From assembly GCA_965237415.1 (NCBI GenBank), contig CBDEFM010000001.1:96001-160000 (forward strand): a stretch of 64,000 nucleotides of DNA, written 5' to 3'. The first letter of the stretch is position 1, and each line of letters begins with the position of its first letter. Positions 9,715 through 19,603 of this stretch are shown here, piece by piece. The notes below the pieces were generated by a model. The model did not search any database. It saw only the letters and a list, made by a program, of their open reading frames with translations, and was not told where the DNA came from. The position numbers were made by a program, and so were the translations under genes. Source of the DNA: Alphaproteobacteria bacterium. GTDB taxonomy: Bacteria; Pseudomonadota; Alphaproteobacteria; UBA828.

Positions 9715-10908
9715 ATGAACGAGGACAAACTTCTCAAGCAGATGCTAAAGCGCGACCCGGTGCGCGGCGCGGCCGCCACCAGGCGTCAGGTGCTCCAGGG
9801 GATCGGCGCCGGCGCGCTCGCGCTGGGCGCGGGCAGCGCCCTCACGGGACGGGCGCAGGCTGCCGACAACCTCGCGATGCTGACCTGGGACGGCTACGTG
9901 GATCCGCGCGTGCTCGACGGCTTCACCGACCAGTACGGAACCGGCATCGACTACGAGCTGCACACCTCGGACCCGGATTCGGTCAACAAGCTCCGTGCCG
10001 GCGAGACCAAGATCTGGGACATCATCAACCTGAATAACCCGTGGGCGCGTGAGATTATGTGGCCGGAAGGGCTCATCATCGAGCTCGACCGCGCCCGCTT
10101 CGATCCCTACTTCGAGGCGATGCTGCCGATGTTCCAGCCGCCCTACAAATGGGCGATGAGCCTCGACAACGAGCATCTGCTGGGGGTCTGCCAGCGGGTC
10201 GACACCTTCGACTTCGTGGTCAACACCGATATCGTCTCGGCCGATATGGCGAAGGACGAGGGCTGGGATCTCTTCAACAATCCCGACATGGCCGGCCGCT
10301 ACGGCATCCTCGCCTACGACAACTGGAACATCATGCACATCTGCATGGCCGCCGGCCTGCATCCGTTCAAGGAGAAGACCGACGACCAGGTCGCCACCTT
10401 CGAGGAGGCGGCGCGGCGTCTCATCAACGGCGCGAAGATGATCTCGGACGATTTCGTCGCCGTGAACCTCGCCGTGGTCAACGGCGAGATCGACATGTAC
10501 TTCGGCGGCGGCACCTATTCGATCTCGTCAGCCCGGCTCGACGGGCTCACCAACCTCTACCACGTGGTGCCGAAGAGCGGCCCGGCCGACGGCAAGGGCG
10601 GGATCAACTGGATCGAGCTCAACTCGGTGGTTAACAATCCCGACCTTCATCCCCAGGCCATGGACTGGATGGAATACATCCTCCAGCCCGACACCTCCTA
10701 CGCGGTCGCGACCGCCGGCGGCTTCCTGCTCCCGGTGGGGCAGATGGCACAGCCGGAGCTGCTCGACAAGTTCTCGGCGGAGGAGCTCGACTCCTTCCAG
10801 TGGGACGAGTTCGACTACCGCATCTCGCACTCCGTCGAGTACGACGTGGTGCCGGACTACAACCGGCTCTACGACATCTACACGGCGGCGCGGCGCGAGA
10901 AGTCGTAA
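9715..10908 (+). CDS. PotD/PotF-family ABC substrate-binding protein with Tat signal
   Basis: RRQVLQG twin-arginine leader; LTWDGYVDP; operon with ATPase and two permeases. Confidence 0.85.
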   Translation: MNEDKLLKQMLKRDPVRGAAATRRQVLQGIGAGALALGAGSALTGRAQAADNLAMLTWDGYVDPRVLDGFTDQYGTGIDYELHTSDPDSVNKLRAGETKIWDIINLNNPWAREIMWPEGLIIELDRARFDPYFEAMLPMFQPPYKWAMSLDNEHLLGVCQRVDTFDFVVNTDIVSADMAKDEGWDLFNNPDMAGRYGILAYDNWNIMHICMAAGLHPFKEKTDDQVATFEEAARRLINGAKMISDDFVAVNLAVVNGEIDMYFGGGTYSISSARLDGLTNLYHVVPKSGPADGKGGINWIELNSVVNNPDLHPQAMDWMEYILQPDTSYAVATAGGFLLPVGQMAQPELLDKFSAEELDSFQWDEFDYRISHSVEYDVVPDYNRLYDIYTAARREKS

Positions 10909-11031
10909 GCCCTGCCGGCTGCGGCGGGGGCGCGCGGCGGCTGACGCAGCGCGCCCCCGCTACGACCGCACGCCCGGCCGGCCCCGGCCGGGCGTCAGCG
11001 CCCTTGAAAAGAGAGGATCGAAACGAGCGCC

Positions 11032-12099
11032 ATGGTGGATGCCGCGCCCATCCTGCGCATGGTCAACCTGACCAAGCAATTCGGCCGACTGGTCGCGGTG
11101 AACGACGTTTCCCTCGACATCCAAGAGGGCGAGTTCTTCACCATCGTCGGCCCGTCGGGGAGCGGCAAGACCACGCTGCTCCGCATGCTGGGGGGCCTGG
11201 AGAAGCCGACGGCGGGCGACATTTACTTGCGCGAGCAGCGGGTCAACGCGGTGCCCGCCAACCGGCGCCCGACCTGCATGGTCTTCCAGTCCCTCGCCCT
11301 CTTCAATCACAAGACGGTCGGCCAGAACATCGAGTTCTCGCTGAAGATGCGGGGCGAGAACCGCCGTGCCCGCCGCGAGCGCGGCCTCTCGCTCATGAAT
11401 GTGGTCCAGCTGCCGGAGGACTTTTACGACAAGTCCGTCACCAAGTGCTCGGGCGGTGAGCGCCAGCGCGTGGCGCTCGCCCGCGCGCTTGCCTCCGACC
11501 CCGAAATCCTGTTCTTCGACGAGCCGCTTTCCGCCATCGACTATCGCCTCCGCAAACTGCTGGAGGTCGAGCTCAAAGACCTCCACCGCACCACGGGCAA
11601 GACCTTCGTCTACATCACCCACTCGCTCGAAGAGGCGATGGTGATGAGCGACCGCATCGGGATCATGCAGGAGGGGCGCCTGATCCAGATCGGCTCGCCC
11701 AACGAGATCTACCTGCAACCGCGCAACAAGTTCGTCTCGGAGTTCATGGGCGAGGTGAACACGTTTGCCGTGCGCGTGGGCGCGGATGGCGGCATCGACT
11801 GCCCCCACTTCGAGCGCCGCTTCACCAGCCCGGCCCACCCGGATGGGTTTAGCGACGGCTATCTCGTGATCCGGCCCGAATCGATGCGTTTCCTGAACGA
11901 CGCCTCGGAGGCCGAGAACCATCTCGAGGGATCGCTCTTCAACGAATACGCGCTCGGCTCCCGGGTGCAATATCACGTGAGCGCCCGCGGCATGATGTTC
12001 GTCGTCGAGAAACTCCGCGAGCAGGCCTATCGGGGCGGGCTCAACGAGGACGTTCTGATCGGCTGGGACGCCAAGGACAGCGTGCTCGTGGCCGACTGA
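11032..12099 (+). CDS. Polyamine-type ABC transporter ATPase (PotA-like)
   Basis: Walker A GPSGSGKT, CSGGERQR, FFDEP, C-terminal TOBE-like domain. Confidence 0.92.
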   Translation: MVDAAPILRMVNLTKQFGRLVAVNDVSLDIQEGEFFTIVGPSGSGKTTLLRMLGGLEKPTAGDIYLREQRVNAVPANRRPTCMVFQSLALFNHKTVGQNIEFSLKMRGENRRARRERGLSLMNVVQLPEDFYDKSVTKCSGGERQRVALARALASDPEILFFDEPLSAIDYRLRKLLEVELKDLHRTTGKTFVYITHSLEEAMVMSDRIGIMQEGRLIQIGSPNEIYLQPRNKFVSEFMGEVNTFAVRVGADGGIDCPHFERRFTSPAHPDGFSDGYLVIRPESMRFLNDASEAENHLEGSLFNEYALGSRVQYHVSARGMMFVVEKLREQAYRGGLNEDVLIGWDAKDSVLVAD

Positions 12100-13010
12100 T
12101 GGCTGACCGCGCGGAGACGCCTGCGGCAATCATCCGGCAGCCGGGGGCCGGGTCGCTTCTGCTGGGCTGGCTGTGCTCGGCGGGCGTGCTCAGCGCGACC
12201 CCGGTGCTCGTCTTCTTCCTGATCGGCTTCGTCGGCCCGCTGGTGATCGTGCTGGCCTTCAGCTTCACCCCGGAGCGCACCTTCGACCTCGGCGCTGGCT
12301 TCACAACCGAGAACTACGAGCGCATCTTCACGGAGAGCTACTACATCTCCTTCATCTGGTCGTTTGCGCTGGCCGGCGTCACCGTCGCCTGCAACCTGCT
12401 GATCGGCTACCCGATCGCCTACGGCCTCACCAAGCTCTTCGGCCGCTGGGCGGCGCCGGTCATGCTGGTGCTCGTCATTCCCCTCTTCGTCTCCGAGAAC
12501 GTGCGGCTCTTCGGCTGGTATCTCTTCCTGATCAAGGGCGGCGGCATCCTGGCGGGTGGGCTCAAGACCTTCGGCATCGACACCGGCACGATGCTCTATA
12601 TGCCCGGCACCATCCTGATGGGCATGATCTACGTCTATCTGCCCTTCACCCTCTTCCCCATCGTGCTCGGGCTCTCCATGGTGCCGGGCGATCAGGTCGA
12701 GGCCTCGCGCGACCTCGGCGCGAACCGCTTTCAGATCTTCCGCGAGGTGGAACTCCCGATCGCCATGCCCGGCATCCTCATCGGCGCGCTGCTGACCTTC
12801 GTGCTGGCGGTGGGCGCGATCTCCGAAGCCAAGCTCCTCGGCGGCCAGAACACGCCGGTCATCGCCCAGGACATCCAGCACGAGTTCACCTACGCCCAGA
12901 ACTGGCCGCTGGGGTCCGCGATCTCGGTGCTGGCCATCGTCGTCACCGGCATCCTCGTGGTGGTGGTGATGCGCCGGCTCGACCTCGACCGGCTGCTCGG
13001 CCGACGATGA
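12099..13010 (+). CDS. ABC permease (PotB-like)
   Basis: Hydrophobic helices, EASRDLGA EAA loop. Confidence 0.9.
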   Translation: MADRAETPAAIIRQPGAGSLLLGWLCSAGVLSATPVLVFFLIGFVGPLVIVLAFSFTPERTFDLGAGFTTENYERIFTESYYISFIWSFALAGVTVACNLLIGYPIAYGLTKLFGRWAAPVMLVLVIPLFVSENVRLFGWYLFLIKGGGILAGGLKTFGIDTGTMLYMPGTILMGMIYVYLPFTLFPIVLGLSMVPGDQVEASRDLGANRFQIFREVELPIAMPGILIGALLTFVLAVGAISEAKLLGGQNTPVIAQDIQHEFTYAQNWPLGSAISVLAIVVTGILVVVVMRRLDLDRLLGRR

Positions 13011-13031
13011 CACGCATGGGCGGGCGCTGAG

Positions 13032-13838
13032 ATGGAGAACAAGCGCTGGGTCATAAGCCTGATCGCGGTCTGGACCGGCGCGGTCGCGCTCTTCCTCTAC
13101 ATCCCGATCTTCTCGGTCATCGTCACCTCCTTCGGCAAGTCCCGCTACTTCCGCTTTCCCGTGAAGGCCTGGAGCGACAAGTGGTACGACCAGACGCTCG
13201 GCGCCAACCTGACCACGGACCTCCACCTCACCTCGTTCTATGTCGCGGGCTGCGTCGCGCTCATTGCGGTCGTGCTGGGCTTCTTCGGCGCTTTGGCCTT
13301 CGCCCGCTACAACTGGCGCGGCCGCCAGTTCTATCAGCGCCTCATCATGCTGCCGATCTTCTTCCCGCAGGCCGTGCTCGGCCTCGCGCTCCTGCTCTGG
13401 TTCACTTTCGTAGGCGTGCTGCCGAGCTGGGAGGCGGCGGTCTTCGCCCATCTGGTCTGGATCGTGCCGATCGTGACCCTCGTGATCTCGATCCAGGTCT
13501 ACGGCTTCGACGTAGCCCAGGAGGAGGCGGCCTACGATCTCGGCGCCAACCGCTGGCAGGCCTTCCGCGAGATCACGCTGCCGGCGCTCGCACCCGGCCT
13601 CTTTTCCGGCGCGCTCTTCGCCTTCCTGCTCTCCTGGGGCAACTTCCCGCTCTCGACCTTCACCACAGGCGCCGACAGCACGGTGACCGAATGGCTCTAT
13701 ACCAAGATGGGCGGCGGCTACACGCCGATGATCCCGACCATGGGCGCGCTCTCGGTGTTCGGCGCCATCGCCATCCTCTTCGGCGGCTACATGTTCCTGA
13801 TCGTCCACCGGCGCCGCCGGCTGGAGCGCGGCGATTAG
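13032..13838 (+). CDS. ABC permease (PotC-like)
   Basis: Hydrophobic helices, EEAAYDLGA EAA loop. Confidence 0.9.
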   Translation: MENKRWVISLIAVWTGAVALFLYIPIFSVIVTSFGKSRYFRFPVKAWSDKWYDQTLGANLTTDLHLTSFYVAGCVALIAVVLGFFGALAFARYNWRGRQFYQRLIMLPIFFPQAVLGLALLLWFTFVGVLPSWEAAVFAHLVWIVPIVTLVISIQVYGFDVAQEEAAYDLGANRWQAFREITLPALAPGLFSGALFAFLLSWGNFPLSTFTTGADSTVTEWLYTKMGGGYTPMIPTMGALSVFGAIAILFGGYMFLIVHRRRRLERGD

Positions 13839-13925
13839 CCGGAGCCATGACGAACCAACGGGGGAGTTGTCTCGCCCCGCGCATCGCGCTCTAATCCCCC
13901 CGACTTAGCGCCACAGGAGCAACCG

Positions 13926-14228
13926 ATGGCCTACCAAGTCACGGAAAAGGACCTTTACGTCGTCGACGAGTTCATGGCCAAGCCGATTGGCCACCACAGC
14001 CCCAACTTGCAGCGGGTGCTCAATACGTTGAGGGGAGCGGACGTAAAGGGCAAGCACTGCCTCGTCTGCACCAAGCCCGGCCGCGAGTGGCGCCTGGCCC
14101 AGCTCTCCGGCGTGCGCGGCAAGCCGGTCAAGCTGCTCGACAAGACCTTCGACAATATCGAGGACGCCGAGCGCTACGTCTTCCGCCTGCGCTGGAAGCA
14201 GCACACCGGCAAGGCGTTGCCGAAATAA
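13926..14228 (+). CDS. dmfA1: N,N-dimethylformamidase small (alpha) subunit-like protein
   Basis: EF..KPIGHHSPNLQRVLN..R and EDAERYVFRLRW signature; directly upstream of the large subunit; AGGAG RBS. Confidence 0.75.
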   Translation: MAYQVTEKDLYVVDEFMAKPIGHHSPNLQRVLNTLRGADVKGKHCLVCTKPGREWRLAQLSGVRGKPVKLLDKTFDNIEDAERYVFRLRWKQHTGKALPK

Positions 14229-14290
14229 CCGCCGCGCGAGCGGCCCTCTTTACCACCGACAATCTACCGCCAGGCCCTGGGGAGCTACAC

Positions 14291-16543
14291 ATGACCAGAA
14301 TCGCGGGCTATGCCGACCGCGTCAGCGTGACGCCGGGAGAGACCATCAACTTCATGGTGAGTTGCGAAGCTCCCTCCTACAAATGCGACATCGTCCGCCT
14401 CGTCTGCGGCGACGAGAACCCCGACGGCCCCGGCGTCAAGGAGAAGGTGGTCAGGACCGGCGCGAGCGGCACCTACAAGGGGCGCCGCCAGGTCTGCTAC
14501 GACGGCTCCTTCATGGAAGTTCCGGCTCATCCCGCGATCCAGGGGCTGGAGAGCTTCACCATTCAGGCGTTCATCTGGCCGACGACGCCCGATCGCGGCA
14601 CCCAGGCGCTGATCTCCAACTGGCGCGATCGCGACAAGGCAGGTGCCGCGCTCATCATCACCAAGAAGGACGGCTCGCTCGCGCTCTGCCTCGGTGACGG
14701 TAAGGGCGAGATCGAGGTGATCGCCACCAACCGACCGCTGATCGCGCACCAGTGGTACTTCGTCGCCGCATCCTACGACGCCGAGTCGAAGCAGGTGACG
14801 CTGGTGCAGCAGCCGCTCAACGAATACCCCAATGTGGACCACGGCCGGACCTTGAGGAAAAAGTCTGCGCTGAGCGGGCCGGGCAAGCACGACGCACCAC
14901 TCACCATGGGCGGCCACTTCAAGCGCGTGGATAAGGGGTGCACCGTCTGCGGCGGCTTCTACAACGGGCGCATCGACAGCCCCCGCATCGCGAACCGCGT
15001 GCTGAGCCCGGCGGAGATGGAGCTTGCCAAGACCCCTCCCACGCACGGATCGCTCGCGACAGCCGTGATCGGCGCCTGGGACTTCTCCCAAGGCATCACG
15101 ACGACGACCGCGACCGATCTCACCGCCAACGCTTTGCACGGCAGCCTCGTCAACATGCCGACGCGCGCCGTCACCGGCTGGTGTTGGGACGGCAGCGAGA
15201 TGAACTGGCAGAGCGCGCCGGAGCAGTACGGCGCGATCCATTTCCACGAGGACGACGTCTACGACGCGCGCTGGGAGGTCGATTTCTCGCTCACCTGCCC
15301 CAAGCGGCTGAAGAGCGGCGTCTACGCCGCGAGGCTCCGGGGCGAAGGCGGCGGCGAGGAATACATCCCCTTCGCCGTCCGCGCCCCGCGCGGCGCGGCG
15401 ACCGCGAAGATCTGCTTCCTGCTCCCCACCGCGAGCTACATGGCCTACGCCAACACCAACATGTCCACCAACATGGGCGCGGCGCAGATTCTCGCCGGCC
15501 GGCTCACGGTGCTGAATGAGAAGAACCTGCAACGCAGCGAGCACCGGGAATACGGCACCTCGCTCTACGACAGCCACATCGACGGCAGCGGCATCTGCTA
15601 CTCCTCGCGGCTCAGGCCGATCCTGAACTTCCGCCCGAAGGCGCTGGAGTGGATCGGCGGCACCGAATCCACGCTCTGGCAGTTCAACGCCGACACGCAT
15701 CTGACCGAGTGGCTGGAAGCGCGGGGCTTCGAGTACGACGTCGTCACCGACGAGGACCTGCACTACGAAGGTCTGTCGGCGATCCAGGACTACACGGTCG
15801 TTCTCAGCGGCTCGCACCCCGAGTACCACTCGAAGGCGATGTGGGACGCGATGCAAGCCTATCAGCAGCGCGGCGGGCGGCTCATGTACATGGGCGCCAA
15901 CGGTTGGTACTGGCGCATCGCCTACCACAACGAGGTGCCGGGATGCATCGAGGTACGCCGCGCCGAGGACGGCATCCGTACCTGGATCGCCCGCCCCGGC
16001 GAGTACTATCACAGCTTCACCGGCGAATACGGCGGCCTCTGGCGGCGCAACGGGCGGCCGCCGCAGGTAATCGTCGGCACCGGCTTCAGCGCTCAGGGCT
16101 TCGACATCTCGTCCTACTACGTGCGCCAGCCGGACAGCTTCAAGCCGGAGGTCGCCTGGATCTTCGAAGGCATCGGCGAGGACGAGAAGATCGGCGATTT
16201 CGGGCTGATCGGCGGCGGCGCAGCAGGGCTGGAGCTCGACCGGGCCGACCCGCTGCTCGGCACGCCGCCCAACACCTACGTGCTCGCGAGCTCTGAAGGC
16301 CACACCGACCTCTACCTCGTGGTCTGCGAGGAGCTCGACGTGAACCGGCCCAATGCCGACGGCACGCAGGACCCGCTGGTGCGCGCCGACATCGTGTTTT
16401 ACGAGACCGCGAACGGCGGCGCGGTGTTCTCCACCAGCTCGATCGCCTGGTGCGGAAGCCTTGCCCACAACGACCACGACAACAACGTCTCGCGCATGAC
16501 CGAGAACGTCCTGCGCCGCTTCGCCGATCCGACCTCGTTCTGA
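14291..16543 (+). CDS. dmfA2: N,N-dimethylformamidase large (beta) subunit family protein
   Basis: GYADRVSV.PGE start, LamG-like middle, GAIHFHEDD, SGVYAARL, YMAYAN, SLYDSH and HPEY metal-site motifs, MYMGANGWYW. Confidence 0.88.
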   Translation: MTRIAGYADRVSVTPGETINFMVSCEAPSYKCDIVRLVCGDENPDGPGVKEKVVRTGASGTYKGRRQVCYDGSFMEVPAHPAIQGLESFTIQAFIWPTTPDRGTQALISNWRDRDKAGAALIITKKDGSLALCLGDGKGEIEVIATNRPLIAHQWYFVAASYDAESKQVTLVQQPLNEYPNVDHGRTLRKKSALSGPGKHDAPLTMGGHFKRVDKGCTVCGGFYNGRIDSPRIANRVLSPAEMELAKTPPTHGSLATAVIGAWDFSQGITTTTATDLTANALHGSLVNMPTRAVTGWCWDGSEMNWQSAPEQYGAIHFHEDDVYDARWEVDFSLTCPKRLKSGVYAARLRGEGGGEEYIPFAVRAPRGAATAKICFLLPTASYMAYANTNMSTNMGAAQILAGRLTVLNEKNLQRSEHREYGTSLYDSHIDGSGICYSSRLRPILNFRPKALEWIGGTESTLWQFNADTHLTEWLEARGFEYDVVTDEDLHYEGLSAIQDYTVVLSGSHPEYHSKAMWDAMQAYQQRGGRLMYMGANGWYWRIAYHNEVPGCIEVRRAEDGIRTWIARPGEYYHSFTGEYGGLWRRNGRPPQVIVGTGFSAQGFDISSYYVRQPDSFKPEVAWIFEGIGEDEKIGDFGLIGGGAAGLELDRADPLLGTPPNTYVLASSEGHTDLYLVVCEELDVNRPNADGTQDPLVRADIVFYETANGGAVFSTSSIAWCGSLAHNDHDNNVSRMTENVLRRFADPTSF

Positions 16544-16577
16544 GCGAGGCACGGCGCTTCCGCCACCGGGGGCCGCG

Positions 16578-17330
16578 ATGAGCGGCCCCGTACTTGAGGT
16601 CGAGGCCCTCACCAAGCGTTTCGGTCCGGTGACCGCCGTCGATGCGTTGAGCTTCACGGTCGCCCGGGGGACGACCGCCGCCCTGCTCGGCGCCAACGGC
16701 GCGGGCAAGACCACCACCATGGCGATGATCCTGGGCCTGCTGCTGCCGAGCGCCGGCACGGTGCGCATCTTCGGCCGCGACCTGGCTGCCCACCGCTATG
16801 CGCTGCTGCCCCGCATGAACTTCTCCTCGCCCTATACAGACCTGCCGCATCGGCTCACGGTGCGCGAGAACCTGACCGTCTACGCCAAGCTCTACGGCCT
16901 CGACGGCGTCAGGCGGCGGATCGAGCGGATGGTCGAGACCCTCGACCTCGGCGCGTTTCTGAAACGGCCGACGGGCAAGCTCTCGGCCGGGCAGCGCACG
17001 CGGGTCGCGCTCGCCAAGGCGCTGCTCAACGATCCGGAGCTGCTGCTGCTGGACGAGCCCTCGGCCTCGCTCGATCCCGACACGGCCGATTGGGTGCGGG
17101 GCGTCATCGAGCGCTACCGCACCGAGACCGGCGCCACCATCCTGCTCGCCTCCCACAACATGGCCGAGGTCGAGCGGCTCTGCGACGACGTGTTCGTGAT
17201 GAGCGGCGGGCGCATCGTTGAGAGCGGCACACCAGAGGCCATGATCGAGCGCCGCGGCCTGAGCACGCTGGAGGAGGTCTTCCTCGAAATCGTGCGGGGC
17301 ACGGCCGGCCTCGGCGAGGCAGCGCAGTGA
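16578..17330 (+). CDS. ABC-2 type exporter ATPase
   Basis: GANGAGKT, LSAGQ, LLLDEP, SHNM. Confidence 0.9.
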   Translation: MSGPVLEVEALTKRFGPVTAVDALSFTVARGTTAALLGANGAGKTTTMAMILGLLLPSAGTVRIFGRDLAAHRYALLPRMNFSSPYTDLPHRLTVRENLTVYAKLYGLDGVRRRIERMVETLDLGAFLKRPTGKLSAGQRTRVALAKALLNDPELLLLDEPSASLDPDTADWVRGVIERYRTETGATILLASHNMAEVERLCDDVFVMSGGRIVESGTPEAMIERRGLSTLEEVFLEIVRGTAGLGEAAQ

Positions 17331-18157
17331 CGGAGACCGGCGCCCTTTGGACCCCGCCGTGGCGAGGGTCGGCAGGGCGGATCGGCGCGCTGGTGCTGCG
17401 CCACACCTATCTGTTGCGGCGCTCCTGGCCGCGCCTGCTGGAGCTCATGTACTGGCCCACGGTGCAGATGATCATCTGGGGCCTCGTCACCATGTTCCTC
17501 GTCACCAACAGCTCGTGGGTGGCGCAGGCAGCCGGGGTCCTGCTCGCCGGCGTCATCCTGTGGGACGTGATGTTCCGCGGCCAGATCGGGCTCTCCCTGG
17601 TGTTCATCGAAGAGATGTGGTCGCGCAATCTCGGCCATCTTTTCGTGAGCCCCTTGCGCCCGTGGGAGCTGATTTTCGCGCTCATGCTCATCAGCCTGAT
17701 CCGCACGCTGATCGGCATGGCGGGCGCGGTGGGCTTTGCATACCTGCTCTACGCGTTCTCGATCTTCGATCTCGGCTTCGCGCTGATCGGCTTCTTCGTG
17801 AACCTGATCGTGATGGGCTGGGCCGTGGGCTTCTTCGTGGCCGGCCTGGTGTTGCGCTACGGCTTAGGTGCGGAGAGCCTTGCCTGGTTCCTGATCTTCG
17901 CGCTGGCGCCCTTCAGCTGCGTCTACTACCCGCTCTCGATCCTGCCGGATTGGCTGGAGCCGGTGGCCGGCGCCCTGCCCTCTGCCCACGTCTTCGAGGG
18001 CATGCGGGAGCTCCTGGTCGACGGCACCTTCAGCGGCGATCACATGATGCGCGCGAGCCTGCTCAACATCGGCTGGATCGCGGCAGGCATCGCCACATTT
18101 CTCGCCTTTCTGCGCAGCGCCCGCATCCGCGGCCTGCTGCATCAGATCGGGGAGTAA
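17327..18157 (+). CDS. ABC-2 type exporter permease
   Basis: Multi-TM protein overlapping the ATPase stop; EEMWSRNL, YYPLSILPDWL. Confidence 0.88.
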   Translation: MTETGALWTPPWRGSAGRIGALVLRHTYLLRRSWPRLLELMYWPTVQMIIWGLVTMFLVTNSSWVAQAAGVLLAGVILWDVMFRGQIGLSLVFIEEMWSRNLGHLFVSPLRPWELIFALMLISLIRTLIGMAGAVGFAYLLYAFSIFDLGFALIGFFVNLIVMGWAVGFFVAGLVLRYGLGAESLAWFLIFALAPFSCVYYPLSILPDWLEPVAGALPSAHVFEGMRELLVDGTFSGDHMMRASLLNIGWIAAGIATFLAFLRSARIRGLLHQIGE

Positions 18158-18275
18158 GGTTGAAGCGGGTCCGACTTTGTCGGACGCGCGACAGGCCGCG
18201 ACTGCGGCCCGCCGCTAATGCGGCGCCCTCGCGGAGGCGTCGGCCGGAGGCCGGCTGCCGTGAGCGATAAATGAC

Positions 18276-19304
18276 TCAGTCTGCGGGGCCGCTGACCCCG
18301 GCTGAGTCGAAGGTTGCCATGCCGTTGTGAGCGGCAATCGCCATGCGCACGAGGGCGGCAGCAAGGGCCGCGCCCGAGGCCTCGCCGAGGCGCAAGCCGA
18401 GGTCGAGCAGCGGTTCGAGTGCCAGCGCCTCCAGCAGCCGCCGATGCCCCGGTTCCGCCGAGCGGTGAGCGACCTGGGTGTGGTCGAGGCCGCCAGCGCG
18501 CAGCCGCGCCACGACGGCCGCGGCGGCGGTGCAGGCAAAGCCGTCGAGCAGCACGGGCACACGGCTCTCCCGCGCTTGGACGACGGCGCCCGCGATCGCC
18601 GCCAGCTCCCGGCCGCCGACGCAACTGAGCGCGGCAAGCGGATCGTGCCGGGCGCGGACATGGCGCGCGAGTGCCGCATCGACCACGGCCGCCTTGCGCG
18701 CGAGGCCTTCGGCATCGACGCCCGTCCCCGGCCCCACCCACGTTGCGCCGGCGCCGCCACAGAGAGCCGCCGCCAGCGCGGCTGCGGCGGTGGTGTTGCC
18801 GATTCCCATCTCGCCGAGGCAGAGCAGGTCGGCGCCCGCGTCCACCGCGGCCATTCCAGCCTCCAGCGCCGCGACGCAGTCCGCTTCGGCAAGCGCCGGC
18901 GCCTCGGTCATGTCCTCGGTGGGCGTCTCCAGATCGAGGGGCACCACCATCAACTCTGCGCCCAGCACGTCGCAGAGCTGGTTGATGGCGGCCCCGCCGG
19001 CCTCGAAATTGGCCACCATCTGTGCGGTCACCGTCGCGGGGTAGGCGGAGACACCGCGCGCCGTCACCCCGTGATTGCCGGCGAAGACCAGCACTTGGAT
19101 ACGCTCCGCGCGCGGCGGATGACGCCCCTGCCACGCGGCGGCCCATTGGGCGAGCGATTCGAGCCGCCCGAGCGCGCCTGCCGGCTTGGTGAGGTGCGCA
19201 TCGTGTGCCCTGGCCCGCTCGGCCGCCGCCTCGTCCGGCCCCGGCATGGCCGCAACGCGGTCGCAAAATGCGGTCAACGAACCGAGCCCGGACTCATCGG
19301 CCAT
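18276..19304 (-). CDS. cobT: Nicotinate-nucleotide:dimethylbenzimidazole phosphoribosyltransferase
   Basis: LTKPAGALGRLE, FAGNHGV, GEMGIGNTT, LDG, LRLGEASG, MATF. Confidence 0.95.
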   Translation of the reverse strand: MADESGLGSLTAFCDRVAAMPGPDEAAAERARAHDAHLTKPAGALGRLESLAQWAAAWQGRHPPRAERIQVLVFAGNHGVTARGVSAYPATVTAQMVANFEAGGAAINQLCDVLGAELMVVPLDLETPTEDMTEAPALAEADCVAALEAGMAAVDAGADLLCLGEMGIGNTTAAAALAAALCGGAGATWVGPGTGVDAEGLARKAAVVDAALARHVRARHDPLAALSCVGGRELAAIAGAVVQARESRVPVLLDGFACTAAAAVVARLRAGGLDHTQVAHRSAEPGHRRLLEALALEPLLDLGLRLGEASGAALAAALVRMAIAAHNGMATFDSAGVSGPAD

Positions 19305-19320
19305 GTCGCGGCCCGTTCAG

Positions 19321-19432
19321 CCCACCTCCCCCTGTCCCCCTCCCCCCGGCGGGCGGAGGGGGAACGTAGGTGGCGCCGCCCGTTACTCCCTCTCCGCCCC
19401 TGGGGGCGGAGAGGGCCGGGGTGAGGTGGGGG
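19321..19432. repeat. ~110-bp cruciform intergenic repeat, copy 2
   Basis: Near-identical to 1833-1942; lies in the cobT/cobS divergent region. Confidence 0.9.
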
Positions 19433-19603
19433 TGTTGACTCCGACCGTCAAGAAGACACGCGCGCGCCGAGCCTTCGCAAGAGGTCTGGAGCGAAATTTC
19501 GAACTGAGTCACTACCCTCTGCCGGGCTTTCTTGGCCACGACCGCGCCCTGGCCTATAAGGCTGAGGGAGGATGCCGGGCCGCGGCGGCTCGGACAAGGG
19601 CAC

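Noticed and set aside
19305-19603. Cobalamin riboswitch between cobT and cobS
   Set aside because: No B12-box or GGGAA...CCCCCGC core is visible; the structure present is the dispersed cruciform repeat.
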